Shown here: one piece after another, positions 1 through 9,255 of the stretch
Position numbering within the stretch: the first letter of the stretch is position 1
Layout of the letters: each line of letters opens with the position of its first letter
DNA from: Thermoplasmata archaeon
GTDB taxonomy: Archaea; Thermoplasmatota; Thermoplasmata; Lutacidiplasmatales; UBA184
Length of the DNA stretch: 64,000 bases
Assembly: GCA_021796385.1 (NCBI GenBank)
Contig: JAJYXQ010000005.1
Span: forward strand, 21,398 to 85,397
Direction: 5' to 3'
Made by a program: the position numbers and the translations under genes
The notes under the pieces: model-generated
Seen by the model: only the letters and a program-made list of their open reading frames with translations
Told to the model about the DNA's origin: nothing
The model's database searches: none

Positions 1-471
1 TCGATCAGGATTCAGATCCGAAAGGAGCGTACCTAGGCTGGGCCTCGGATTGTAAGAAAGGAGCAATGCCCCACCGGGAGCCGTGACGCGCAGGAGCTCC
101 TCGATGGCCCGGGCGGGGTCCGAAAGATGGTGGAGCACACGGGAACAGACCACCGCATCGAAGGAGCCATCGGCGAAGGGGAGGTGGTACACGTTCCCTG
201 TGGCCAGCAACAACGGGTCCAAGTTTGACCCCGCTTTATCGATGATATCGAGGCCTTCGGGATTGAGGTCGACCCCCGCTACCTCGGCGAACAGTCCACT
301 GAGGGGAAGGAGCAGGCGACCGAATCCGGCGCCAGCGTCGAGCAACCGTTTCCGTGCTTCTCCTTGGAACGCGTCCTTCCCGATGGCGATCTCCAAACGG
401 ATGGTCTTTTCACGACCCTGCCACATGCGACGGAAGTCGAATCCCTGGTAGCTGGCCAAAGGATCCGTCAT
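1..471 (-). CDS. class I SAM-dependent methyltransferase (N-terminal part; the 3' end lies beyond the window start)
   Basis: Absent from the ORF track because it runs off the window edge. Minus-strand translation from an ATG at ~469-471 gives MTDPLASYQGFDFRRMWQGREKTIRLEIAIGKDAFQGEARKRLLDAGAGFGRLLLPL...LPFADGSFDAVVCSRVLHHL. It carries motif I (GxGxG) and the acidic motif II (DxVV) of Methyltransf_11/25 enzymes. Confidence 0.6.
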   Translation of the reverse strand, partial: MTDPLASYQGFDFRRMWQGREKTIRLEIAIGKDAFQGEARKRLLDAGAGFGRLLLPLSGLFAEVAGVDLNPEGLDIIDKAGSNLDPLLLATGNVYHLPFADGSFDAVVCSRVLHHLSDPARAIEELLRVTAPGGALLLSYNPRPSLGTLLSDLNPDR

Positions 472-604
472 TTGCCCCCGCTCCCCAAACGTTCAGGTAG
501 TGTGTCGAAGCCTGAAGTCCATGGCTCTCTCCTCTCACAGCACCCCCGAGGGAATGCGACCAACGCTGGTGCGTTCTCACGGTTCAGAAGGAATACTGCC
601 CTCA

Positions 605-1666
605 TCAATCCATGGCCCCGAGCGTCCGTATGGAGCGGGAAGCAGCGCGCGAGAGATGGTCTGAGAACAATCGGAGGCCACCGATGGCGAAAGGGGCAGG
701 GCTGTTCACGAGGATCCGGAGACCATTCAAGCGGAGGAGACGAACCAAGCTTTTCGCCATGTGAGCCCGGTGCATCCCCTTGGACCCCATGGCGCTGAAG
801 ATATGGTAGGTGAGCAACGAAGTCTCGAGGAAGGGCTCGGCGAGTCCCGGAGCCTGATCCTGCACGAGGGAGCGTATCAGTCTTAGGTCGGCAAGCCGCG
901 CATCGCTCCCTCGTATCATCCGTTCCCAGCGTCGGATCGGGTTCCCGGTGACATCCGGGGAATTGTTCCCAGGGTATATCCGATATCGAGTGGTCCGAGC
1001 CGGGTCCAAAAGAATGCGGCCCCCCGAAGCATACACTTGAAAGAGAAGGAAGAGAGGAAGGGACATCCGGACGGATGGGAGCAGGTCAGGGCGGTGCGCA
1101 AGGACACGCCTTCGCACGGAGATGGAACTCAGATTGAATCCGGCGCCCAGCTCCATGAGGTCGTTGAACCGAGAGGGACCCATGGTCTTCGGGTCTACCT
1201 GGAAGGGGGCTCGCAATGGTCGGAAAAGTCCGTTCAAGCGATAGAGCACCGGATCGTCGGATGGGATAGGAACCCCCAACCTGTCAACAGGTTCGACCCC
1301 GTTATGGTAGTAATCCAGATCGGGATCGGTCCGAAAGCGGCTTGCCACCTCGGTCACTTTGGTCGGTAGGAAGAGGTCGTCGTCTTCAAGGAGAGCCACG
1401 ACATCGCCTGAAAGTCGAGGGAGCATGGCCTGCACCCGGGCCCCGACATGACCTTGAAGCACATCGTAGACCTGCACCCCCTGCGCTCGCAGTCTTATGT
1501 CAAGTGCCGGGTCAGTGAACCCCTTCACCACCACCACTTCGAAAGAACTCCGGTCCGCTGTTTGGGAGAGTGCGGAGTCTACGGCCGCAGGGAGGAATTC
1601 CCTCCGGTAATGGGCCGAGATTAGGATACTCACGTATGGAGGAGCCATGGATACTGCCAATGGCAC
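605..1666 (-). CDS. family 2 glycosyltransferase (GT2)
   Basis: 353-aa ORF (GTG start in the track). YVSILISAHYRREFLPAAVDSALSQT...EVVVV...LLEDDDLF is the GT-A fold with its DxD-type motif. Confidence 0.8.
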   Translation of the reverse strand: MPLAVSMAPPYVSILISAHYRREFLPAAVDSALSQTADRSSFEVVVVKGFTDPALDIRLRAQGVQVYDVLQGHVGARVQAMLPRLSGDVVALLEDDDLFLPTKVTEVASRFRTDPDLDYYHNGVEPVDRLGVPIPSDDPVLYRLNGLFRPLRAPFQVDPKTMGPSRFNDLMELGAGFNLSSISVRRRVLAHRPDLLPSVRMSLPLFLLFQVYASGGRILLDPARTTRYRIYPGNNSPDVTGNPIRRWERMIRGSDARLADLRLIRSLVQDQAPGLAEPFLETSLLTYHIFSAMGSKGMHRAHMAKSLVRLLRLNGLRILVNSPAPFAIGGLRLFSDHLSRAASRSIRTLGAMD

Positions 1667-1721
1667 GCCGGGATAAGGCCCTTCGTCTGGAACGAAGGAG
1701 CCAAGCCGCGGATGGGATGAA

Positions 1722-3872
1722 CTATTCCATCACACCGATGGAACCGGTGTCACCGGCCGAAGGTTGTCCCGCCGGGGCCTTCGACTTCACAACGTTCCGC
1801 ATTCCGATCATCTTCCGTTGCTTGACCTTGGAGGCGATGCCCATCGAGGCGAACACGCCGACGAACCCGGCGCTGGTGAGGCCCTGCGCGACCGGTGTGG
1901 CAACAATGTTCCCGACCAGGGTCGGTTGGGTAACGCTCGTCACCACGGGATTGCTCAAGGGATTACCCACGGGCACATTGACCCCTAGAGGGTTCTGGAC
2001 ACCGATCGGGTTGATGACCGGCATTGGAGGAGGTGGTGGGGGAGGCGGCGGTGGCGGTGGGGGAGGCGGTGGCGGGGGAGTGATGAGCGAGGGTGCGATC
2101 ACCTTGACGAAGGCAGGAAGGAATGAATCGTTGACCCCACTGAACGCATAATTCGTGTATCGTACCTCCGTGTACGGATTTCCCCCCAGGCACCCGGCCC
2201 GGGTACAGACGTCGATCGGAACGAGGGTGTTCAACTGGGTCGTCGGGAAGGAGGAAGTGACGGACACGTTGAATATGGTGCTCCACTGGTCGCGCAGGTA
2301 CATCGTCGGGTAAGGCCAGCCCCATCCGACACCGTTCGACACCGGAAACTGTGGTGCGTTCTGGCAAAGTACATCGATGTTGGTCCCATTGTGGATGCAG
2401 TTGTAAATCGTCCCACCAGGACCCAAGGCGAATCCAGCCGGCGGGATGTACTGGAACGTATCCTGACGTGCTCCGTATGCCGTGACGTTGGAGGCGAAGC
2501 TGGGGAAGTGGATATTCGTGAGGGCCCAGCCCAGGGTCGGGTTATTGCCCCACGCCCAGCCGGAGCCTCGCGACGTATCAGTCAGGTTTCCGGCACTTGT
2601 ACCGGTCGTCGCTGCAGGGCAAGTGTACCCGACCCCGCTCGAGGAGGGTGTAGGTCCCTCCCAATCACCTCCAGTCTTTTCGGCGAGGTAGCAGCCGGCA
2701 TTCAAAATGGCCTTCACATCTTGGACCGCGCCTGCGCTATTCGGGGGATTGTAATCCTGCGACCCGGCTTCGGTCATTCCGTCGGGAAGGTCTATCGTAT
2801 CGATGATCACTTTTTCCGATTGAGCCAAGGCCACGAGCTGGGCCATCGTTTCGCAATTCGGGGAAGTAAGGCCAGACGAGTATGTGTACGAGGGCTCACA
2901 AGTGGCAGAATTGCCACCGCCATAGTCACTATAGGTCACACCATAGTTTCCAACAAATCCAGGGTCTCGGGGGAGTGTCGATCCAATCCAGACAATCACA
3001 TGGTATGTGCTTGAGTTTGTGGACCACCCAAGCCCTGAGCCCTTCAGGGCGCCATACATCGCGGTGATCATGGAGGAGGAGAGGAAATTGTCGGAGAAGT
3101 CGGAATCACCATAGGTCCATGCACCGGGATTCCAATTGTACCCGAACAAGGCGGGGCTCGCAGCCAAGTTGCCCACGGTGGTACCGAACTGGGCCGCCGG
3201 CTGGAAATTCGACACATCGACGTTGTACTCTGAGCCGTCCCCATCGTCATGGTCCTGACCCTGTGTGGAGAAGTAATCCACCATTGCGAAGGTCACCGCC
3301 GGGGAAGTCGTCACCCCGGCATTCTTCATGGTGATGTCGCTCGCGATCTGGCCTGCATTCTTAACGAAGAAGGGAACTCCGTCGGACTCAAAGCACGGTC
3401 CACCGCACGGGTCCAACCCCGAGTCGCGGACACTGGGATCGTAAACCCCGTCATAGAGAGTCGTTTCCACTACGAACACGACTTGGACATAGGGAGGGTG
3501 AACGACAGAGTTTCCTGTAGCATTGACCCAAAGATGGACCTGCGCCGTGCTCGGGATTCCCGGGCCGCAGGCATTGGCCCCCGGCTCGCACAAGGTGGTG
3601 GGTGAAACGCAGATCGAGGGTACGAGCTGAGGATAGTTCCCTGACGGTGAGGCCTGGCCGCAGGAAACGCCCCCGCTCGAATTGTTCGCCGCAGCCACGG
3701 AATGGGTCGCCATGCCTTGGGTAATCGAGTGTGAAGGTCCCGATACGATTGACGGAGAGCTCAGGGATATCGACGCAAAGCCCGGGGCAATGACAGCAAC
3801 GAAGGCAAGGGCGAGGGCGGGGAGTAAAAGGGCCACCGGACTCGCCGTTCCCGGCTTGCTACACCACCCCAT
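1722..3872 (-). CDS. secreted cell-surface (S-layer-like) glycoprotein with a polyproline linker and a C-terminal membrane anchor
   Basis: The track ORF is 1722..3977. The likely start is the internal M (MGWCSKPGTASPVALLLPALALAFVAVIAPGFA), which gives a classical signal peptide. The Ser/Thr/Gly-rich ectodomain has at least 10 N-x-S/T sequons (NNSSG, NATGNS, NSSTY, NSATC, NLTDT, NVTAY, NGTNI, NVSVT, NDSF). A run of 19 consecutive Pro follows. The C-terminal segment ...TSAGFVGVFASMGIASKVKQRK is a hydrophobic helix followed by basic residues. Confidence 0.6.
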   Translation of the reverse strand: MGWCSKPGTASPVALLLPALALAFVAVIAPGFASISLSSPSIVSGPSHSITQGMATHSVAAANNSSGGVSCGQASPSGNYPQLVPSICVSPTTLCEPGANACGPGIPSTAQVHLWVNATGNSVVHPPYVQVVFVVETTLYDGVYDPSVRDSGLDPCGGPCFESDGVPFFVKNAGQIASDITMKNAGVTTSPAVTFAMVDYFSTQGQDHDDGDGSEYNVDVSNFQPAAQFGTTVGNLAASPALFGYNWNPGAWTYGDSDFSDNFLSSSMITAMYGALKGSGLGWSTNSSTYHVIVWIGSTLPRDPGFVGNYGVTYSDYGGGNSATCEPSYTYSSGLTSPNCETMAQLVALAQSEKVIIDTIDLPDGMTEAGSQDYNPPNSAGAVQDVKAILNAGCYLAEKTGGDWEGPTPSSSGVGYTCPAATTGTSAGNLTDTSRGSGWAWGNNPTLGWALTNIHFPSFASNVTAYGARQDTFQYIPPAGFALGPGGTIYNCIHNGTNIDVLCQNAPQFPVSNGVGWGWPYPTMYLRDQWSTIFNVSVTSSFPTTQLNTLVPIDVCTRAGCLGGNPYTEVRYTNYAFSGVNDSFLPAFVKVIAPSLITPPPPPPPPPPPPPPPPPPMPVINPIGVQNPLGVNVPVGNPLSNPVVTSVTQPTLVGNIVATPVAQGLTSAGFVGVFASMGIASKVKQRKMIGMRNVVKSKAPAGQPSAGDTGSIGVME
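2026..2080. repeat. G-rich homopurine (GGN)n triplet tract encoding the poly-Pro linker of the minus-strand surface glycoprotein
   Basis: Read directly: ggaggaggtggtgggggaggcggcggtggcggtgggggaggcggtggcgggggag, about 55 nt and almost only G, with A/T/C at the third triplet positions. Confidence 0.8.
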
Positions 3873-4054
3873 ATGGTACCAAGGCATAACACGACAGGGT
3901 AAAAACCCTTCGCTTCGTTTCCTGGGCTCTAAACACACCGAGAAAGGCCACTCCTTCATCGAAGCCAGGAGGTTCACGGGTTTTCTCGAAGGCGATGTAG
4001 GGTCCCATCCGGGAAAGGGACCGAATCCCTGACGCGTCCCTGTTCCAGCCAGGG

Positions 4055-4792
4055 TCAGAGTTTGAGATAATCAACGGTCACCGAACCGTAGGGAAGTGTG
4101 AGGTCGGACATGAGGTGCGTCCCGTACAACACTTCGCGGACCGGGAGCTTGGCGAGCGGGGCCATCGCATGAGCATGGAATTCGAGCGCGGCCGGACCTC
4201 GGAAGGCCCAATGAACGGTGATGTCCTCCAACCGGTATCGGATGAGCTGAAGCACGTCAAGGCCCCCGTTGACGGAAGGGATGATCTTCAGGTTGTAATT
4301 GTCGTGCGACATGTCGGCCAGGACGGCGGCCGGGTCGATAGGGTCGTACTTGTAGGCCATCGTGGCCAAGGCCACGGTCTCCTCCTCGTAAGAAAGGGTC
4401 CCGGTGAGGGTCTCTTTCACGATGCGAAGCTCCGGGTGAGCATACTTCTTCGGGAAACCCCAGATCTCCCGCCCGGCCGCGATGGGGGAAAAGTCGTCGA
4501 GGAACATGTATGCGCAGTATGTTCCGGGCTGGCCCTGATATTGTACAGGAATGACGATTCCGGACTCGGTATAATTGCCGAACCCCTGGGAATCGGGCAT
4601 GCGGATGACCTCGAACTTGGCAATCGGGTCTAGGACTTCGAGTGGCTCTGGGACGAGATTCTCCAGTGCGGACATGTCCGTGCGGAATGTCGTGATGAAA
4701 TATTCTCTCGAGAGGAACCGGTACGGTCCCCTTGGGTACGAGGGCATTCCCGGCGGCATGGCGACGAGCTTGCGGACTTCTTCGATCTGCAT
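4055..4792 (-). CDS. adc: acetoacetate decarboxylase
   Basis: 245 aa, collinear with clostridial Adc: YPRGPYRFLSREYF (Arg29 region), GNYTESGIVIP (Glu76) and IWGFPKKYAHP (the Schiff-base Lys pair). ATG start confirmed at 4790-4792. Confidence 0.9.
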   Translation of the reverse strand: MQIEEVRKLVAMPPGMPSYPRGPYRFLSREYFITTFRTDMSALENLVPEPLEVLDPIAKFEVIRMPDSQGFGNYTESGIVIPVQYQGQPGTYCAYMFLDDFSPIAAGREIWGFPKKYAHPELRIVKETLTGTLSYEEETVALATMAYKYDPIDPAAVLADMSHDNYNLKIIPSVNGGLDVLQLIRYRLEDITVHWAFRGPAALEFHAHAMAPLAKLPVREVLYGTHLMSDLTLPYGSVTVDYLKL

Positions 4793-4856
4793 GACGCTTG
4801 GAGCAGGATGGAAACCAAAAATACTTTGCTGCTCTCAAGCCGGCTGAGGGATTGGA

Positions 4857-5795
4857 ATGAAGGCACTCATCACGGGGGGCGGCGGATTCATCGGACAGAT
4901 GTTGGCGAAACGGCTGGTCGAGCGCGGGGACGATGTCACTTTGGTGGACATCGCTTTTCCCAAACCGGGTCCCGGTTCCATCCTGGGCAAGGTGAAGACG
5001 AGGACCGGGAACCTCGCGATATTCACGGATGTGCTTGATGCTGTGCAAGCGACCCGACCCGAGAGCATCTTCCACCTAGGGGCCCTCCTTTCGGCGAGCG
5101 CTGAGGCCAGCCCGATAGCGGCCTACCACGTCAACTTTGACGGCTCGTTCTTCGTGCTCGAAGCGGCCCGGCTATTCGGGGTCAAGCGGGTCGTCTACAC
5201 AAGCTCGATCGCCTCCTTCGGACCCGGTGTCCCGGACCCGGTACCCAACGAGTGGGACCAGAAGCCATCGACGATCTACGGGGTCTCCAAAGTGTTCACG
5301 GAGCGGCTCGGCGAGTACTACCACCGGGAGCTCGGTATAGGATTCCGCGCGGTCCGACTTCCCTCCATCCTCGGTGCGGGCCGGGGTGGTGGGGGAGCGA
5401 GCGCGTACACCACGTTCATCATCGACAAGCCAGCGCACGGCCAACCGGTGGAGGTCTGGTGCGAGGAGCGCAGTCGCATCCCTCTCCTGTACGTCGATGA
5501 TGCGGTGCAGGGTCTTGTCTCGATCCATGATGCGGCAGACTCGAAGCTCAGCCGATGCTCGTACAACCTCCAGGGATTCTCTCCCACGGCCCGGGAAATG
5601 GCGGATGCGGTCCGAGCCAAGATCCCAGGAGCCAAGATCAACTTTGCCCCCGATCCCAAGATGCAGGCGATCGTCGACTCCTGGCCACGGGCCTTGGATG
5701 ACACTCCCGCCCGCAACGATTGGGGGTGGAAGCCCACGATCGACCTCAACGGCACGATCGAACGATACCTTTCCGCCGCCCGCTCCGGGTCCTAG
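4857..5795 (+). CDS. NAD-dependent epimerase/dehydratase (extended SDR; possibly nucleotide-sugar epimerase or L-threonine 3-dehydrogenase-like)
   Basis: MKALITGGGGFIGQMLAKRL is the Rossmann GxxGxxG motif. The catalytic YxxxK lies in STIYGVSKVF. Length is 312 aa. Confidence 0.8.
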   Translation: MKALITGGGGFIGQMLAKRLVERGDDVTLVDIAFPKPGPGSILGKVKTRTGNLAIFTDVLDAVQATRPESIFHLGALLSASAEASPIAAYHVNFDGSFFVLEAARLFGVKRVVYTSSIASFGPGVPDPVPNEWDQKPSTIYGVSKVFTERLGEYYHRELGIGFRAVRLPSILGAGRGGGGASAYTTFIIDKPAHGQPVEVWCEERSRIPLLYVDDAVQGLVSIHDAADSKLSRCSYNLQGFSPTAREMADAVRAKIPGAKINFAPDPKMQAIVDSWPRALDDTPARNDWGWKPTIDLNGTIERYLSAARSGS

Positions 5796-5864
5796 GCGAC
5801 CTACGGAAAGCGAACTACGGAGACCACGACACCCTTCGCTTGATCTAAGTCCGGGTCTGCCGCA

Positions 5865-7097
5865 GTGAAGGTCCTGCGAATCCACAGCTGGGACGGCCCG
5901 GTGGAAGGGGGGGGCGAGGACTATGTGCGAACCGTTTCCCAGATGCTTGAAGCGCAGGGCCATCCCCAGCGCATCGTGGCGATCACCTCCCGACCGACCG
6001 ATTTTTTCGGGTCTCAAGGGGTCAATTTCGTCGTTCCGGGGGCGGGTTTCCGGAGGGGTCTCGGTGATTCGATGGGTACCGCGGGGCTCCTGCCACTGCT
6101 CCGGAGGGCGGCCCAGGATTTCGAGCCGGACATCATCCACCTTCACCACTTCGATGCGGGTTTCTCCTCGATTGCGCACTTCCTGCGCGAGGTCCGCCAG
6201 CCGATCCTCTTCACAGCACACGACGCGGAACTGGTCTGTCCGATATCGACGCTCGTGCTGCCGGATGGCCGGATCTGCGAAGGAGGGGTCCGGATCCGTT
6301 GCGGACTGACCGGGTGCAATGTGGGCCGGGGGCTCCCGCTGAACCTATGGCAGACCCGGGTGTTCGATACGATGGTGGCGCCCAGGGTGCGCGGATACCT
6401 CTGCCCGAGCCGGACCCTGCGGGACTATCTGGATAGCAACGGGTACCGTCCTGCCCTCCATCTGCCGTCCTTTGCCATGATACCCCCCGAGGTCCGCCGA
6501 GCGGGAGTGTCGGGTCCTGAGCTAAATGTGCCGCGCATCGGCTTCCTGGGTCGAATAGAGGAGAACAAGGGTATCCGCTTCCTCTTGGAGGCATTCGCCC
6601 GAGTAAAGCAGGCCGAGCCGAAAGCGCTGCTCGACCTGGCGGGGGAAGGCACTGCAACCGCTCAGTTCCAAGCGATGGCCGAGGCCCTCGACATAGCCGA
6701 CAGCATCACTTGGTCGGGGTGGCGAACGGGGGTCGACAAGGAGGTGTGGTTCCGGAAGCAGCGCCTTGTGGTCTTCCCCTCACTTCCGTTCGAGAACTTC
6801 CCACTGGTCGCGCTCGAAGCCCTGGTGCGGGGCATTCCGGTGGTTGCGACAGATGCCGGTGGGGCGAAGGACATCGTACGCCCCGGAAGCACCGGGTGGC
6901 TGGTCCCGCCCTCCAACCCGTCTGCGCTCTCGGATGCGATCCTGGAGGCACTGCGCCAGCCCAAGGTGGCGGAGGCAAGGGCGCAAGCTGGGCGAAGCAT
7001 GGTGCTTACGGAGTTCACGCCCGAAGTACATGTCGAACGCCTGCGAAAGATCTATGAGAAGGTCTTGGCGGGAGAGCCGTTGGTCCCCAAGGTCTAG
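5865..7097 (+). CDS. family 4 glycosyltransferase (GT4, glycosyl transferase group 1)
   Basis: 410 aa. C-terminal FENFPLVALEALVRGIPVVATDAGGAKDIV is the GT-B EX7E region. The N-terminus MKVLRIHSWDGPVEGGGEDYV is typical of GT4. Confidence 0.85.
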   Translation: MKVLRIHSWDGPVEGGGEDYVRTVSQMLEAQGHPQRIVAITSRPTDFFGSQGVNFVVPGAGFRRGLGDSMGTAGLLPLLRRAAQDFEPDIIHLHHFDAGFSSIAHFLREVRQPILFTAHDAELVCPISTLVLPDGRICEGGVRIRCGLTGCNVGRGLPLNLWQTRVFDTMVAPRVRGYLCPSRTLRDYLDSNGYRPALHLPSFAMIPPEVRRAGVSGPELNVPRIGFLGRIEENKGIRFLLEAFARVKQAEPKALLDLAGEGTATAQFQAMAEALDIADSITWSGWRTGVDKEVWFRKQRLVVFPSLPFENFPLVALEALVRGIPVVATDAGGAKDIVRPGSTGWLVPPSNPSALSDAILEALRQPKVAEARAQAGRSMVLTEFTPEVHVERLRKIYEKVLAGEPLVPKV

Positions 7098-8173
7098 TGG
7101 AGGCAACAGAAGGGGGCCCAGCCGGGTTCCTTCTCCCACCGTGCGATCGCCTCGAGCGTGGCGTGCCGGCCCTCTTCCCTGCGTTTCCGGAGGGAACGGG
7201 GGGAGAAGTCCGCATCCCGCATCCCCTGGTCCTCCGCATGGGCCGAATGGGACACCGTGAACAACTGGACGGCGTGGGCGTAGTGCTCCGCCAACGCGGA
7301 AAACTCCGGTGTGCGAACCAGCCGGTCCCCGATGGGAGCCGCCTTCGAAAGGAAATCCCGGATCTCCTCCGCCTGCTGGTGCCGTTCGTGCGCCAGGTCG
7401 ACCCGGTTCATGTACGAGAGGTCCTTTAGGATGTTCAACACTTCCTCGAGGTTCTTGGGGAGGGGGTGTTCCCTGGGGAACAACTCGACCAAGAGGATCC
7501 GCTTTCGGTCGGTGGCGGAGAGAGAGTCGATGATGTGTCGGATCGGCGAGTTGGTCACGAGCCCCCCGTCCCAGTACCAGCGATCCCCGATCCGGACCGG
7601 GGGGAACGCGGGAGGCAGCGCCCCGCTCGCCATGACATGATCGATCAAGATCGGTTGGCTGCGGCTGTCGAACAGGGTAAGCTTTCCCGTCTGTAAATCC
7701 ACAGCGGAAACGACAAGCTTCCGGGAGCTTTCCTTGAGCGCCCGGAAATCCACCATCTTCTCCACGAGCTTGCGAAGCGGGGCCGGGTCGTACAGACCAA
7801 GCGACCCGTGGGCGTGGAACAATCGCCCCGGTGCGCTCCACCAGACTGGCATGAACATGGCCGGATTGCCGAACATGAGAGATTTGAGAACGGCGTACTG
7901 TTGCTGGAGCGGACGGGACAAGAAAGGAACGTCGGCCAACGGATCGGATACCCCGTCCCAGAACCGGCCCAAGTAGGTGGAGGCCTCCTTCCCACGGGAG
8001 CTGACGATGGCAGCGTTCACGGCCCCGATCGACACCCCGGTGATGAGGGAGAAGTCTAGGCCCCGGGATTCCAGAGCCTCCCAGACGCCCCATTCATAGG
8101 CTCCCAGGGCGCCGCCACCCTCGAGCATCAGGGCGTCCCAGACGGCAATAGACGATTTCTTGCTAGGGGCCAC
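7094..8173 (-). CDS. patatin-like phospholipase
   Basis: IAVWDALMLEGGGALGAYEWGV is the GGGxxG oxyanion motif, GVSIGAVNA the GxSxG nucleophile elbow and DGGLVTNSPI the catalytic Asp. The track ORF extends to 8353, but that would overlap the divergent Trm5 gene. I place the start at an in-frame GTG (~8171-8173) preceded by GGTGGTGGGG, giving M-APSKKSSIAVWDAL. Confidence 0.75.
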   Translation of the reverse strand: MAPSKKSSIAVWDALMLEGGGALGAYEWGVWEALESRGLDFSLITGVSIGAVNAAIVSSRGKEASTYLGRFWDGVSDPLADVPFLSRPLQQQYAVLKSLMFGNPAMFMPVWWSAPGRLFHAHGSLGLYDPAPLRKLVEKMVDFRALKESSRKLVVSAVDLQTGKLTLFDSRSQPILIDHVMASGALPPAFPPVRIGDRWYWDGGLVTNSPIRHIIDSLSATDRKRILLVELFPREHPLPKNLEEVLNILKDLSYMNRVDLAHERHQQAEEIRDFLSKAAPIGDRLVRTPEFSALAEHYAHAVQLFTVSHSAHAEDQGMRDADFSPRSLRKRREEGRHATLEAIARWEKEPGWAPFCCLH

Positions 8174-8265
8174 GGACCCCACCACCGAAGGCGGGTTAAA
8201 TGGGTTTCGAGGGTGGGAGGGTCCCCTCGGAAAGCGCCAAGTAGAACCCCGGCTGAGAACGGTCC

Positions 8266-9126
8266 GTGACCGGGTCTTCCCTTCGGCGGCAGGATTCCCC
8301 GTACCTCCGCGTACGGTCAGCCCTCGCGGAGCAAGCGGGAGAGAGCCTTGCACGTGAACTTCCCCGCGGATACCACAGGATCGGGCAAGCGGCCTTAGTC
8401 CGGATCCCCGAGCGGTTGCTCCCGTGGGAACGTGTGATAGGCGAGTCGTACCGAAAGGTTCTCGGGGTCGATCTTGTCCTCCGTCAGGACCGTATCCAGA
8501 AGGGAGCGTCGAGGGCCCCAGGGGTCTTTGTCATTGCGGGTACGCGCCCGAGCATTGACGTCACGGATGGAGGGATCGTCTGGAGGACCGATCCCACGCG
8601 CCTCATGTTCTCCAAAGGCAACATGGAAGAGCGGCACCGCATGGCCCGGATCGCACAGCCGGGGGAGGTGGTGGCCGATCTGTTCGCCGGCATCGGCTAC
8701 TTTGCCCTACCGCTCGCACGATACTGCCACCCGCGGGCGGTGGTGGCGGTAGAGAAGAACCCGGTCGCTTTTGCGTTCCTTGAAGAGAACATCCGTCTGA
8801 ACCGGTTGGAGAACTGCGTGTCGGCCCGGCTGGGGGACAACCGTGCGATCGATCTTCCAAGGGGAAGCTTTGACCGGGTCCTCATGGGTTATCTCCCGTC
8901 GGCCCTTCCTTTCCTCGACCGGGCCGCGGAACTCCTGCACCCGGGGGGAGGGTGGGTCCACCTCCACACCGTGGTATCGACCCGGTGTGGGGACCGCTTG
9001 GTGCGATCCATCACCGAGCGGGTCCAGCGCGCCGGGCGAGGTCTTCAGGCGATGCGCATCCGCCGGGTGAAATCGTACGGGCCCTCCCGCGACCATGTGG
9101 TTGCGGACCTTTTGCTCGTAGGCTGA
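8266..9126 (+). CDS. Trm5/TYW2-family SAM-dependent tRNA methyltransferase (tRNA m1G37 or wyosine pathway)
   Basis: GEVVADLFAGIGYFALPLARYCHPRAVVAVEKNPVAFAFLEENIRLNRLENCV matches the Met-10+ like domain of Trm5/Taw2. The N-terminus may be shorter than the track ORF. Confidence 0.7.
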   Translation: MTGSSLRRQDSPYLRVRSALAEQAGESLARELPRGYHRIGQAALVRIPERLLPWERVIGESYRKVLGVDLVLRQDRIQKGASRAPGVFVIAGTRPSIDVTDGGIVWRTDPTRLMFSKGNMEERHRMARIAQPGEVVADLFAGIGYFALPLARYCHPRAVVAVEKNPVAFAFLEENIRLNRLENCVSARLGDNRAIDLPRGSFDRVLMGYLPSALPFLDRAAELLHPGGGWVHLHTVVSTRCGDRLVRSITERVQRAGRGLQAMRIRRVKSYGPSRDHVVADLLLVG

Positions 9127-9218
9127 CCGCGCTCTTAGATCCCCGGTGGAGGTACCTTGGGCACTCTCGGAGGCCCCCTCTCATGGGATGTCTTTGAAGC
9201 TCGAATGACAATCGATAT

Positions 9219-9238
9219 CGATATATTAAAATATATCG
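9219..9238. promoter_or_regulatory. AT-rich TATA-like element embedded in a perfect 8-bp inverted repeat (cgatatat-taaa-atatatcg); putative PadR promoter/operator
   Basis: It is the only AT-rich island in about 2 kb. Its centre is ~26 bp upstream of the in-frame ATG at 9256, the geometry of a leaderless archaeal transcript. An adjacent atcgat tandem is also visible. Confidence 0.45.
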
Positions 9239-9255
9239 ACACCTATGTGGATGCC

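Noticed and set aside
2026-2080. The G-tract as a regulatory G-quadruplex or standalone repeat element
   Set aside because: It is fully explained as the coding sequence of the poly-Pro linker on the opposite strand. Any G4 potential is secondary.
6780-8093. 437-aa minus-strand ORF (plus 5172..6221, 6211..6657 and 6662..7018)
   Set aside because: They overlap the GT4, epimerase and patatin genes in other frames. The products are Arg/Gly/Pro-rich, low-complexity and motif-less, which is typical of high-GC spurious ORFs.
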